Shown piece by piece: positions 1 to 9,580 of a stretch of DNA of 64,000 bases. Each line of letters opens with the position of its first letter. Within the stretch, counting starts at the first letter, position 1. Under the pieces are notes generated by a model, which did no database searches, had not been told where the DNA came from, and saw nothing but the letters and a program-made list of their open reading frames with translations. Source of the stretch: an uncultured archaeon (lineage in GTDB: Archaea > Thermoproteota > EX4484-205 > JAAOZP01); contig CALIBN010000024.1 of NCBI GenBank assembly GCA_938045545.1, positions 6,274 through 70,273 of the forward strand. The letters are read 5' to 3'. The translations under genes were made by a program, and so were the position numbers.

Positions 1-90
1 TGTTAAACGTTTAGCGTGCGCTCGCGTAATCCGGAGCATGAGATAAAACTTAATATTTCGGATTTTGCTACTGGTTACGGTTGGTTGAGC

Positions 91-570
91 ATGAGGGTGT
101 TGGTGACCTACTACTCTAAAACTGGAAACACGGAAAGCATGGCGAGAGCCATAGCTGAGGGGGCTAAGGAGGTTAAAGGGGTCGTTGCCACGGTTAAGCG
201 GGTTGAGGAAACCTCTTTGGAAGACCTGGTGGAATCGGACGTTATAATAGTTGGGTCTCCAACCTACTACGGGTTAATGGCGGCTCCTGTGAAAAGGCTT
301 TTAGATGAAAGCGTTAAGATACACGGGAAGCTTGAAGGAAAGGTTGGGGGAGCCTTTACATCCTCAGGGGGGAGTGCAACGGGGGCTGAAACAACCATCA
401 TGTCGATACTGCAAGCCCTGCTTGTCCACGGTATGATTATTCAGGGAGACGCAGAGGATAAGCACTACGGAGTTGCCTGCGTCGAGAAGCCTGGTGAAGA
501 AGACTTGGAGCTATGTAGAAAAATGGGTAGGAGGCTTGCGGAGCTGGCTTCCCGCCTGGTTAAGGACTAG
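91..570 (+). CDS. Flavodoxin-like WrbA-family NAD(P)H-dependent oxidoreductase
   Basis: YYSKTGNT FMN-binding loop, GSPTYYG and GGAFTSSG motifs; start moved to ATG 91 (MRVLV). Confidence 0.85.
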   Translation: MRVLVTYYSKTGNTESMARAIAEGAKEVKGVVATVKRVEETSLEDLVESDVIIVGSPTYYGLMAAPVKRLLDESVKIHGKLEGKVGGAFTSSGGSATGAETTIMSILQALLVHGMIIQGDAEDKHYGVACVEKPGEEDLELCRKMGRRLAELASRLVKD

Positions 571-571
571 C

Positions 572-693
572 CCTGCTGGGCTCTTGACTTTCACGCCGCC
601 AGCGTTTCCACAATTATTCTCGCGACTTCAAGCAGTATTCTACCCTCGTGTCGAACGCGTCCAGTAGGTCGCTATATACGTCAATCTAGCAGG
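572..693. ncRNA. Candidate ~120-nt structured element directly after the flavodoxin stop
   Basis: Nested complementary segments CCTGCTGGG/TCTAGCAGG, TTGAC/GTCAA, GCGAC/GTCGC, CTAC/GTAG, CGTGT/ACGCG. Confidence 0.3.
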
Positions 694-771
694 CGCTTTA
701 GAACATTAAGCAATTAAGCGTAAATCGGTAAAAGACTTATGACACTAGCCTTACGGCTGATTAAGACTTGG

Positions 772-1320
772 TCATTTCCCGGTTAATACTTCTTCCAGTA
801 TCCTTAACGTTTTGTCCTTCTCGGCTCCCATTTTAATTTTCTTCAAATCCACACTTGTGAATTTTAAGATTCCCTTAATGTCTTCAATATCCTTAATGGC
901 TCTATTCTTAGGAATAGTCGCCTTAATCATTCGTAGCTTTGCTAAGATTAATTCTTCGGGCTTCTGGAAAAACGTGTTTACGTTAGCGATTACACCCGGC
1001 CTCCTGCTAATCCTTTTTTCAGAAATTATTACGTCAACACTGTAAGGAGTCCCTTCATCCCTAATAGTGAAAATCCTATAACCGGATTTAAGTGCACTGC
1101 TTAACGCCTTCTCATCGATCTTCAGCCTCGCTTTTCTCAATGCTGAGATGAGCATGTCCATATCCTTTTTATCGGAGACCCTTACGATAACATCGATATC
1201 TACAGTGGAACGAGGGACTCCATAGAAACTGGCTGCTAAAGCACCGGTGAAGGCATATTCTAGCTTCGCATTTTCAAATGCGGTCACGAGCCTCCTAACT
1301 AGGTTTCTGAACGTCTTCAA
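772..1320 (-). CDS. DUF6036/MenT-like nucleotidyltransferase toxin
   Basis: TGALA...PRSTVDIDV NTase motif, LILAKL, and C-terminal KDIEDI. Confidence 0.75.
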   Translation of the reverse strand: MKTFRNLVRRLVTAFENAKLEYAFTGALAASFYGVPRSTVDIDVIVRVSDKKDMDMLISALRKARLKIDEKALSSALKSGYRIFTIRDEGTPYSVDVIISEKRISRRPGVIANVNTFFQKPEELILAKLRMIKATIPKNRAIKDIEDIKGILKFTSVDLKKIKMGAEKDKTLRILEEVLTGK

Positions 1321-1532
1321 ACGCTCTTAAACCCCCGTTTCCCTCCCCGATTTCTTTTCATCCATTCGACGCGTCTCCTGAGCTCTTCGAGCAAACGCTC
1401 CCCTTCAAGATTAGGATTCATTGCCTTGATTCCAGCAGCACAGATCTGCATGCATACGTCGCTTATATCTAGGGCCATTTCTACCTTCTGTTCAGGTTTA
1501 AGGTTACTCCACCGTTCTGCTCGCTTACGCAA
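1317..1532 (-). CDS. Small helical antitoxin, Rv0078B/MenA1-like
   Basis: QKVEMALDISDV...IKAMNPNL pattern; 4-bp overlap with the NTase; TTG 1532 chosen because a TATA lies at ~1568-1576. Confidence 0.6.
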   Translation of the reverse strand: MRKRAERWSNLKPEQKVEMALDISDVCMQICAAGIKAMNPNLEGERLLEELRRRVEWMKRNRGGKRGFKSV

Positions 1533-1723
1533 TACGCTGTACCCCGAATATCCAGTGTAGAACCACGTTATAAAAATTAGCGTGTGCTTTATAGCGCTTG
1601 AAATCATAACTCAATATGTCTAGGAGACATGTTTCTCGTAGAGTTTGTAGAGGAAGAGAAGAATGGGCCTGTTAGCTACTGCTCGAAAGTCAGCGCGCTG
1701 GTTGTAAGATGTTGTTGGCGGAT

Positions 1724-1909
1724 TTAAGTATGTATCTTCGATGCTTGTTCTCCCCGCGTCCCCCAGTTGCTCCTCGGCACATCGTGAATTATTATGTTAA
1801 GCTATTCAGGTTTAACACCTATCTTCTCGAAGGCTCTCGTTATCCCTTTTATAAGCTTCTCCTTCTGCTCCTCGGAACGGCCCTCCCACATTTCAACTAT
1901 AACCACCGG
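1724..1909 (-). pseudogene. 4-oxalocrotonate tautomerase family pseudogene
   Basis: PVVIVEMWEGRSEEQKEKLIKGITRAFEKIGVKPE*LNIIIHDVPRSNWG; in-frame TAG at 1802-1804 and damaged start (ATCCG instead of ATGCCG). Confidence 0.8.
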
Positions 1910-2025
1910 ATCCTAACCACCCTTCACCACTTGTTTGCAGCGTCATATTTAGGTTTTAGTCAACCGGCATGTTTAAAATTGACAGCCGGGTTTCTAAGAA
2001 GGATTCGGGTTGGTTGGGCAGCCGC

Positions 2026-2877
2026 CTATCGCACTAAGACCGTAAGCACATAAGTGTACCTGGTTTCACTCCACTCAGCATATGGGAAAAAGGCTTCTAA
2101 AACATAGGTGCCCTCCTCGTCGAAAGCATAGCTGTATTCGGCTTCGATGGTTCCGCCTGCTTTTAAAACCCTGTTTTGAACAACCTCTATACATAGTTTT
2201 TCAGGATCGTGGCCAACCGGGTACAGCTCGGTTCTCTCATCCCCCGGAGCCCGTAGACGTATTTTGAAATCCGGACTGCACGGCGTTGGGGAAGAATAGG
2301 TGAAATCCTCCTGCGCAGGGTTTAAAGCTACCGCAAGTATTTTCAACGTTTCACCCTTGTTGACAACCAGCTTATCCGTCTTCAAGTAGAAAACTATTTT
2401 CGAGTAGCCCATTGCGAAACTGTTCAATTCCAGCAGCAGGCTGGTGAGGCTGTAGAGTTCTCCAGGCAATTCTCCACTAACATCCGTCCAATAATACGTT
2501 ACTATCCTACTCTTGCCGTAAACAGTCAGGTTGTAAATGAAATAGTCCGCCCCGCCTCCAGGCTCAAGCTTTAAGCCATCCGGGTACGCTTCGAGAAGAG
2601 TCTTCATCCTTCGCAGCAATTCGTCGTTTGTTGAAATCGGTATTACTGAGGAGCCGCTCTTGTTCCTAGCAAGGTCGTTGAAAACGATGCTTCCATTCGA
2701 ATAGTACTCGTATTTTTCACGCCTAGCCCAAAAACCGCCTGAAACCGTTAACTCCATCGTTTTCTCAGGCTTTCTTTGAAAACCGATTATAATGATTGTT
2801 GCAGCAGCCAGCATCACCAGTACCCATTGAAAAACTTTAAGTTTCAACCCGTTCATAATGCTTACCCAACTATTCAA
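2026..2877 (-). CDS. Membrane-anchored or secreted protein with C-terminal BsuPI-like (proteinase inhibitor) domain
   Basis: N-terminal hydrophobic helix; GGADYFIY motif; LKTDKLVVNKGE...CIEVVQNRVL beta-sandwich. Confidence 0.5.
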   Translation of the reverse strand: MNSWVSIMNGLKLKVFQWVLVMLAAATIIIIGFQRKPEKTMELTVSGGFWARREKYEYYSNGSIVFNDLARNKSGSSVIPISTNDELLRRMKTLLEAYPDGLKLEPGGGADYFIYNLTVYGKSRIVTYYWTDVSGELPGELYSLTSLLLELNSFAMGYSKIVFYLKTDKLVVNKGETLKILAVALNPAQEDFTYSSPTPCSPDFKIRLRAPGDERTELYPVGHDPEKLCIEVVQNRVLKAGGTIEAEYSYAFDEEGTYVLEAFFPYAEWSETRYTYVLTVLVR

Positions 2878-2967
2878 GGGTATATAATACTATTTTTTAG
2901 AACACTAGCCAGTTAAGCTGAACCGGCTAAAGACTTATTTCCCATCGTCTGATCGTAAATATTCGAA

Positions 2968-4011
2968 ATGTCCAGCCGGGAACAAAGGGAGAAGCTTCTC
3001 TCGGCTTTAGAAGGATTAACCAGGACCGTCGTGCTGGAGACCGACGTGGGTTCCGCAATCGTCACACAGTACGGTGCCAGGATCCTGGGAGTTTTCGTCG
3101 GAGATAGGCAGAACCCCTTCTGGGTTTCGAAGAATCTGTCAAGCGCGATAAGCGGTGGGGAATGGAACATCGGCGGAAACAGGCTTTGGATTTCTCCTGA
3201 GAGAAGATTCTACTATCGAAGACCAGGGGGCTTCGAAGACTGGCTGTGCCAGTCTTCACTCGACCCGGGAAACTGGTCAATCGTCAGCTCCAGTGGGAAA
3301 AGCGTGAATCTAGAGGGGGAGGCGGAGCTAGAGGACTTCGCGAGCCAAACCAGGATCCACCTGGCCTTTTCAAGGCAAATCTCAATACGTGGCGAAAGCG
3401 TCAGGAAGGGTTTGGAGCATGTTGGGCTTAAGGTTAGGGATGCCATGGTGGCCAGGGGGGAGGTGAAAAACGGGGTAAACCTTTGGTCTTTAACACAGGT
3501 GCGTCCCGGGGGGAGTAGGAGTGGCACAGTAATCGTCCCTACGCGCAGAGGCGCTAAGCCCATACATTACTTCGGGGAAATACCGAGAGACAGGTTAAAG
3601 GTTTCCGGCGACCATGTTTCGTTTAAAATAGACGGCGCCGCCATCTATAAGCTGGGCATAGCTCCTGAGGATGTTCCCCAGCCAGGCTGCCCGAGAATCC
3701 TGTATTATGCAGAGCATGGGAGGAATGAGGTTTTCCTCGTATCCATGAGGACCATGATGGCTCCGGTTAGTCAAGAGGAGTGTCTCGACGTGGCGAAAGC
3801 CGACCCTGCTGGCCCCAAGGGATGTGTTCAGTCTTATAATTCTGGTCCGGACCTTTGCTTCGGGGAGATTGAGCTCCACTTTAAGCCAGCCGCTAGAGTT
3901 AAGGATTCCTCCGTGTCCTACGCTGATTACGATATAGATGTTTTCGCAGGTGGGCGTGGAGACGTTTTGAGACTTCTGAGGAAGATTATTCCTAAGCCTT
4001 TTCTATTTTAA
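2968..4011 (+). CDS. Conserved hypothetical protein, DUF6786-like (aldose-epimerase-like fold)
   Basis: YGARILG, WNIGGNRLWISPE, QSYNSG...FGEIELH motifs. Confidence 0.55.
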   Translation: MSSREQREKLLSALEGLTRTVVLETDVGSAIVTQYGARILGVFVGDRQNPFWVSKNLSSAISGGEWNIGGNRLWISPERRFYYRRPGGFEDWLCQSSLDPGNWSIVSSSGKSVNLEGEAELEDFASQTRIHLAFSRQISIRGESVRKGLEHVGLKVRDAMVARGEVKNGVNLWSLTQVRPGGSRSGTVIVPTRRGAKPIHYFGEIPRDRLKVSGDHVSFKIDGAAIYKLGIAPEDVPQPGCPRILYYAEHGRNEVFLVSMRTMMAPVSQEECLDVAKADPAGPKGCVQSYNSGPDLCFGEIELHFKPAARVKDSSVSYADYDIDVFAGGRGDVLRLLRKIIPKPFLF

Positions 4012-4026
4012 AACTACGGTTTCTCT

Positions 4027-4839
4027 TTAAACGTTTAAATCAAGCACGCTATATCTTAATTCTCCTCCTTCGACCCAGCATACTAGCAAATTGTTATTTT
4101 TCAACGGAGACCAGTTCCCCCTTTCTGTTTTCTCAGACGCGACTATAATATGATCCTTATCGATTTTGAAGCACATCTCGTATACCGGTGCGTCTCCGTA
4201 GCACATTGATGGACCAGGATTATACAGGTATCTCGTGAAGGCGTAGAGCCTGCTGCCGTCTGAGAATATCGTGTTCAAACTAGTGAACGGTGCCTCAAAC
4301 CTGCTGACCTTCTCCTCTAAAAATATTTCCATAAGTGTCTGCTCGACTTTTCTGAAGGCAGTTATCACATCACCCTCCTTCTCGATAAGGCTGAGCAGCA
4401 GGTAGAAGTATGTCTCACTATCGTTTCGCCCTTTAATTAGGCTCGCATAGGGACCCAGCCTCCTTGAAACCTCGTCGGGAATATTGATCGTGCCGTTGTG
4501 CGCTAAAACATATTTTGAATGGTTGAAAGGCTGAGAGTTTTCAAGCGATATGAGCATTTCTCGCACCAGCCCCCTTGGGTTGCTTGCTTTCCTCACGTGC
4601 GCGATGATTATCCTGCCCCTGGCGGCTTTAGCGGCCTTCTCAAACTCTTCCCTATCCTCGTAAACCGGCTTATCGCTTTTGAAGATTATTGGGGTGCTTC
4701 CTCCAAGGTAGAAGCCTATGCCCCAGCCGTCTGACTGTCTCCCTTTAAAAGCTTGCGCGAATAGGGAGCACTCAGAGTTTAGGAGATGGTTTTCAACACT
4801 GCCAGCTCTCGCGAAAATTGCCCCCAGGAGCCTGCACAT
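4027..4839 (-). CDS. Class II glutamine amidotransferase (EgtC/YafJ-like)
   Basis: N-terminal MCRL, DGWGIG, AHVRKAS, HNGTI, DSE, VASE. Confidence 0.9.
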   Translation of the reverse strand: MCRLLGAIFARAGSVENHLLNSECSLFAQAFKGRQSDGWGIGFYLGGSTPIIFKSDKPVYEDREEFEKAAKAARGRIIIAHVRKASNPRGLVREMLISLENSQPFNHSKYVLAHNGTINIPDEVSRRLGPYASLIKGRNDSETYFYLLLSLIEKEGDVITAFRKVEQTLMEIFLEEKVSRFEAPFTSLNTIFSDGSRLYAFTRYLYNPGPSMCYGDAPVYEMCFKIDKDHIIVASEKTERGNWSPLKNNNLLVCWVEGGELRYSVLDLNV

Positions 4840-4942
4840 GGCTTACTCTATGACAAGAGGTGTTTTTAGCTTTTCCGGAATGAGAAAAATTTGCTAACAG
4901 TGGACCTTTCATGGAGCTCCCTACTGTTAAGAATTTTTAATA

Positions 4943-5176
4943 TTATTTTTCTCGGCGGTTTTTACTGTCCATGTTCTGATTTTCCCTGACCGTCTTTTTG
5001 AATAAGGGATCATGCCTCCACAAGGAAAGACTCTCCTGCACGGCTTTTTCATGCGCCTCATTGGTGCTCATACCGTTTGCACGATGATATATTTCCCTTA
5101 ACTCATGGGAAAGTATATATTTCTCGTAAGATCTCCACATTTCAGAAATCCACATTTCATTCCGCGGAATTTTCAA
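4943..5176 (-). CDS. Short hypothetical protein or gene remnant with HELxE...AH metalloprotein-like motif
   Basis: ILSHELREIY...EAHEKA; TTG start, probably N-terminally truncated. Confidence 0.35.
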   Translation of the reverse strand: MKIPRNEMWISEMWRSYEKYILSHELREIYHRANGMSTNEAHEKAVQESLSLWRHDPLFKKTVRENQNMDSKNRREK

Positions 5177-5339
5177 TTCTCTTGCCGCATTTGTTACTAG
5201 TTACCATATGCTTGTCTTAAATAACGTTGTATGTAGCATTATAATCCTCTTACTTCATGAGGCACATAACGGACCTTATAGGCATGCTTAACGAGCATCT
5301 TAAGAGCGTCTTCAAACAGGTCTTTATTAATCAATTCCT

Positions 5340-5759
5340 CTAATGCACGCTACGAGGGTCGATTCTTCTTATACCAGGTATTCTATCAAAGACGGTGTCT
5401 GTAGATATTATTGAATGGTCTGGAACCTGGTTTAATGCTGTTGCAGCATAATACGCGTCAAAAATTGATTCTAATCTATATTGTTTCATCAGTGTTAATG
5501 CTAGCAGATCGATTTCATACGTCGTCTCTAGGAAGACAAGATTCTTTATGGCGGTTAAGGCAGCTACTCTGGAAATATATTCGTCTATGGAAATCCCTTC
5601 CTCTTTGGCGACATAGTACATTTCATGAAGAGCCTCTCTTGATGCATACACGGTTCCGAGCTCGCCCTTTACAATTTTTAACATTAAGTTTTTAGCGACT
5701 TTCTTTAACCAGTCCTCTTTCTTCACGTAAGCGTAAAGCATATCGGTTTCGATCATCAA
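5340..5759 (-). CDS. vapC: PIN-domain VapC toxin
   Basis: IETDMLY, E, FDAYYAA, STDTVFD acidic PIN motifs. Confidence 0.9.
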   Translation of the reverse strand: MMIETDMLYAYVKKEDWLKKVAKNLMLKIVKGELGTVYASREALHEMYYVAKEEGISIDEYISRVAALTAIKNLVFLETTYEIDLLALTLMKQYRLESIFDAYYAATALNQVPDHSIISTDTVFDRIPGIRRIDPRSVH

Positions 5760-6004
5760 AGTTGTTTCCTCCTTCTCGCTCGTTTTACAGCATTTTCTTT
5801 AGCGGAGCTTTCAGCCAACTTCTTCAACTGCTCCCTTTCCTTCCCAGTAGCCAGCCATCCCTCTGCTTCTTCATAAGGAGTTTGTGGAAGCGGGATCGTG
5901 ATAAAGAAATTGCCCGCGGGTATGACTACAACCTTGGTTCCTCTGATACCAATTTCTTTTGGAATAGTCATCCTCCCCCTCTCATCAACCCTCACTACTG
6001 CCAT
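5756..6004 (-). CDS. vapB: AbrB/MazE-type VapB antitoxin
   Basis: VRVDERGRMTIPKEI motif; ATG 6004; overlaps vapC start. Confidence 0.85.
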   Translation of the reverse strand: MAVVRVDERGRMTIPKEIGIRGTKVVVIPAGNFFITIPLPQTPYEEAEGWLATGKEREQLKKLAESSAKENAVKRARRRKQL

Positions 6005-6444
6005 TTTACCCTCAATTTTTATTAAACCCCAAAATATAAATTTTTGCCCCTTCAATAGCGCACGCTTGCACGCTGCCCGAGTTCTTGAAATTTCCGGCAC
6101 CGAAATCGTTAATGTGTCTACATACTCAGCACCACTGGTTTAACGGGGCCTCGGTTTTCATGAAATATTATCTCTCCAAAGAATCCCAATGGTATTTCAA
6201 TGGTTCTGGGCTCACGGCCAGCGCATGCTATCAATAAACATATTCAAATCTCCAGCCCCTCTCTTTCTTTAGTTTCTCAGCTCCTTCTTTCGTCAATACA
6301 ACTACAGTTAAGAGGCTTAGGGATATCCTAAGGGTTAAGCCTGCTTAGACACATTGTTTTCTCCTACGAGACACGAAAAGTGAATCAGCCACATAGAACC
6401 TTAACGGGATATTAAGGTCTCTGGAAACACCGATTCTAAAATCT

Positions 6445-8410
6445 CTATGTTTGAACTACGATTGGTATCGCCATATTCATCCTCGGCAGTAATGCTATTG
6501 CTTCACCCATTTTCAGCTCCTGAATTTTTAAGGCTTGCTCCTCGTTAAGGTGCATCGTATCCGCGATCTTTTCAACATCACTAGAGTACTGCAACCTAAG
6601 GCAAATTATAGTCCCGCACAATCCCAAGACATCTCTCGACACCGTTAATGGTCTCTGATCTATAAGCCAAACAGACTCTCCGAACTTCCTCATCTCCCTG
6701 AGCATCTTCTCCACTATGGTCTCCTGACCCTCAAACCTAGCTGGGGCGATGTTATGGGCTTCCTCGCAGACTATAACGTGCGGCAAACCCCTGTTGGGCT
6801 TCTTCCTTCTATAATCGTAAACCCGCTTCAGCATCATCCACGTAAATATGTTTGCATCCCTATCCGTATCCAAGTCGCTGAGATCAAAGATGACCATATT
6901 TGAGAGAAGCCTCTCCATCATCCCTTCCCGTTCACCGATTGCGTCAAAAACTTTCCCAAAACTTCCTTGAGTGAGCTCGCTCAACCTTCCTACTAGCGAG
7001 AACAGCTTGTCCCTAGCTTTTCCTGAAGGAAGGAACATCAGGTCTTCAGAGTCAACGCTCCTCTCGAGGGATTCCACGAAGTCTACGAAGTCTGGGCGTT
7101 TTTTCCTCTTTAACATACTTCAAATACATCCTCCTGAAAACGTGGGAAACCAATGGCCCGAACTCATCGGGCCAGGCCATCGCGAAGACCTCGCCCAGGA
7201 TCTTAGCATGGCCCTCTGGGTCACCGTGGTGCTCCAAGAGGTTTATCTTGGCGTTATTCGCATCGAGGACCAAGGCGTCATCGAATTCATCAACGTATTC
7301 CCCATGCCTGTCGAAGACCATCGCAAAACCTCCTAGCTCCCTGTATCTCCTCAGAAGTGCCTTTGTTAGAGTGCTCTTCCCTGAGCCCGGGACGCCGAAT
7401 ATCGCCATGTGAAGAGGCAGATCTTCTATGCCTATCTTAACCTCAATCCTCTTTCTCATAGATTCGTATATCCTACGAGTATTCCATTCCTCTCCAGCCC
7501 AGCTGGGTCAAAGGCCCCGAAGTCAACGATCCTCTTGGGCGTGTAAGATGCGCTCGGCGTTATGGGCTCCGGGAAGCTTACGAATGACGATAGCTCATTC
7601 GCTAGTTAGGTGGAGTCTTTTAGAATCCACGATTCCCCTGGCGAGAATGCTCCTCGCTACCCCACTTAGACCCAGCCAACCGGCCTCTTCCAGCTTAACT
7701 CCGTACGATGAGGAGAAGGCCGCTTTAACTGCCTCCACATAATTCCTCTGCTCAAGATAGGCTTGTTTAGGGCTTCTTGTTGAAGGACCTATCACGACGA
7801 TAATGGGAGAGCACGTCCAACACCCAACATCGTTGCTAATCCTTTCGTATCTCTGACGAAGCCTCTCGAGCTCTGTGGATTTGTCCAAGTCATACCCTAT
7901 GAGCTCTCCCCTGCTGTTATAGAGCCCCTTCTCCCTCAGCTTTCTGTAGGCTTTCGAGTACCGTAAGGAAATGCTCCTCTTCTTGGCCCAGAGGCTTAAC
8001 GCGTGGAAAACTCCCTTGCAAGACTTGGACGCAGAATCTCGGTGAGCAACCGGATTCTGCAGAGGATCTTAAAGCCTTTTCAAGCGCATCTTCTGGAATG
8101 TTGAGCTCATCTTCCTTTAATTTCATGGATAGGAAAGAGGCTGCGGAGACCCTTCGGCCTTTAAGCAGGATCAAGACATTCCTATGCTTTGAGATCGGTA
8201 GGCCTCCCAAGGGCCACAGGGCGGCCTCGGGGGAAGCCTCAAGAGCCTCTAGCTCAGCGCCCGGAAAGCCGGCGAGTACGCTGGCCCTCATCCTCGAGAA
8301 TATTTTACTGAGCCCTTCAATCGACCGGGATGCTGCTGAGAGCCTCGCCTCATAGTTAAACGGCTCGTAGGATACCGTGAACATACCTTCAAAGCCGGTT
8401 GCGGAGAGGC
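6445..8410 (-). pseudogene. Frameshifted paralog of the HerA/VirB4-like ATPase
   Basis: Four ORF fragments (7917-8417, 7595-7888, 7052-7459, 6445-7116) collinear with 16499-18694, including GVPGSGKS and IVCEEAH. Confidence 0.9.
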
Positions 8411-8483
8411 CATGCATGGCTTTTTCGCTAGGTACTGGCGCTAGCCAGGGCTATCGCTCCAAGCTCCCGGGAGGTGATGTGGA

Positions 8484-9529
8484 ATGTCTTCTCCGGAACC
8501 AGAGAATAGAGGTAACTATATCATAGCAAGGAAGACTATAAAGGCGAAGATACTTGAGCTGAAGAGGGAGGAAGAGGAACTCCTTAGGCGCGAGTACGAG
8601 AACTTCCAGCGCTATCTACAGGGCGAGAAAACAGTTCCGCTATATGCTGCTACTAAGCAACAAGCAGATAGACTCCTGAAGGAGCTGAACGGGAAGCTGA
8701 GGGAAAGGGAGTATCCACTAATACTGAGGAACGACACCTACCGAATTGAAATCGAGCAAAGCCCCTACTTGCTTAAGATACCCGTCTACGGTGTCTGGGG
8801 AGGGATAAGGGTTCCGATTAGGACCCACAACCCCATAACTAGCGATATGAGATGTAAGGAAGCTAAGGTAATCCACAAAGATAACGAGTGGTTCGTCTAC
8901 ATCTGCATCGAGAAGGAGGTTGAGAAGAGGATTCCGAGGAACATTTGGCCATAGATATGGGGATAAGGTGGATCGCTACGACAGTCAATTCCAGCAACCC
9001 GGTCCCAAAGTTTTACGGCAGGGAGCTGAGGAGGGTCAGGGGACGCTTCTTTTACCTAAGAAGAAGCCTTGCATTGAAGAAGGCATACGGAGCAATAAAG
9101 AAGATTGGTGATAGGGAGCGAAGGATGGTGAACGATATCCTGCATAAGATAAGCAGGAGGATGGTGGACGAGGCCTTGGAGACGGATGCGATGATCGCCA
9201 TGGGGAACTTGAAGGGAATTAGGGAAAATGATAAGGGCAAAGGTTCAACAGGAAACTCAATGGATTTCCATACTGGAAGCTCAGCAAGTTCATAGAGTAT
9301 AAGGCGAGGTGGCTTGGAATAAAAGTGATCAAAATAAACGAGAGGAACACTTCGAAGCTTTGCCATAGATGCGGAAAGAAAGGAATCCGCGATGGAAGCC
9401 TCTTCAAATGCCAGAGCTGCAACTACTCATGCGACGCAGACTACAACGGAGCAATGAACATAATGAAGCGGGCCATGCGCTATATGCGAATGGCAGGGGC
9501 TGAGTTGACACAGCCCATAACCCGGCAGG
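8484..9529 (+). pseudogene. tnpB: tnpB pseudogene with two frameshifts
   Basis: Fragments collinear with 14222-15265; single-base losses near 8944 and 9240; stop TAG changed to CAG. Confidence 0.9.
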
Positions 9530-9577
9530 ATGAACCCACAGGGCGACGAACCGGGAACCCCTAGCATGGGGATGTCA
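9492..9577 (+). ncRNA. TnpB omega-RNA scaffold / right end, copy 1
   Basis: GGGCTG-AGTTGACA-CAGCCC hairpin whose TGACA can pair with terminal TGTCA; CCCGG/CCGGG stem; homology with other copies ends at GATGTCA. Confidence 0.75.
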
Positions 9578-9580
9578 AAA

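Larger units (their letters stand above)
6445..9577 (+). mobile_element. TnpB-ATPase cassette, copy 1 (degenerate; regulator gene and repeat arrays deleted)
   Basis: Divergent ATPase pseudogene, 3' half of leader, tnpB pseudogene and right end GATGTCA, all homologous to 14174-18694. Confidence 0.8.

Noticed and set aside
1802-1804. Amber codon as pyrrolysine recoding
   Set aside because: The start codon is also broken and no pyl genes are in the window; pseudogene is simpler
6313-6341. Hairpin AGGCTTA...TAAGCCT as the left end of copy 1
   Set aside because: No sequence similarity to the other copies or to the 18709 hairpin; it lies inside an apparent decayed coding remnant
8409-8420. Palindrome GCCATGCATGGC as a recombination site
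   Set aside because: It falls within diverged leader sequence at a deletion junction and is absent from the other copies
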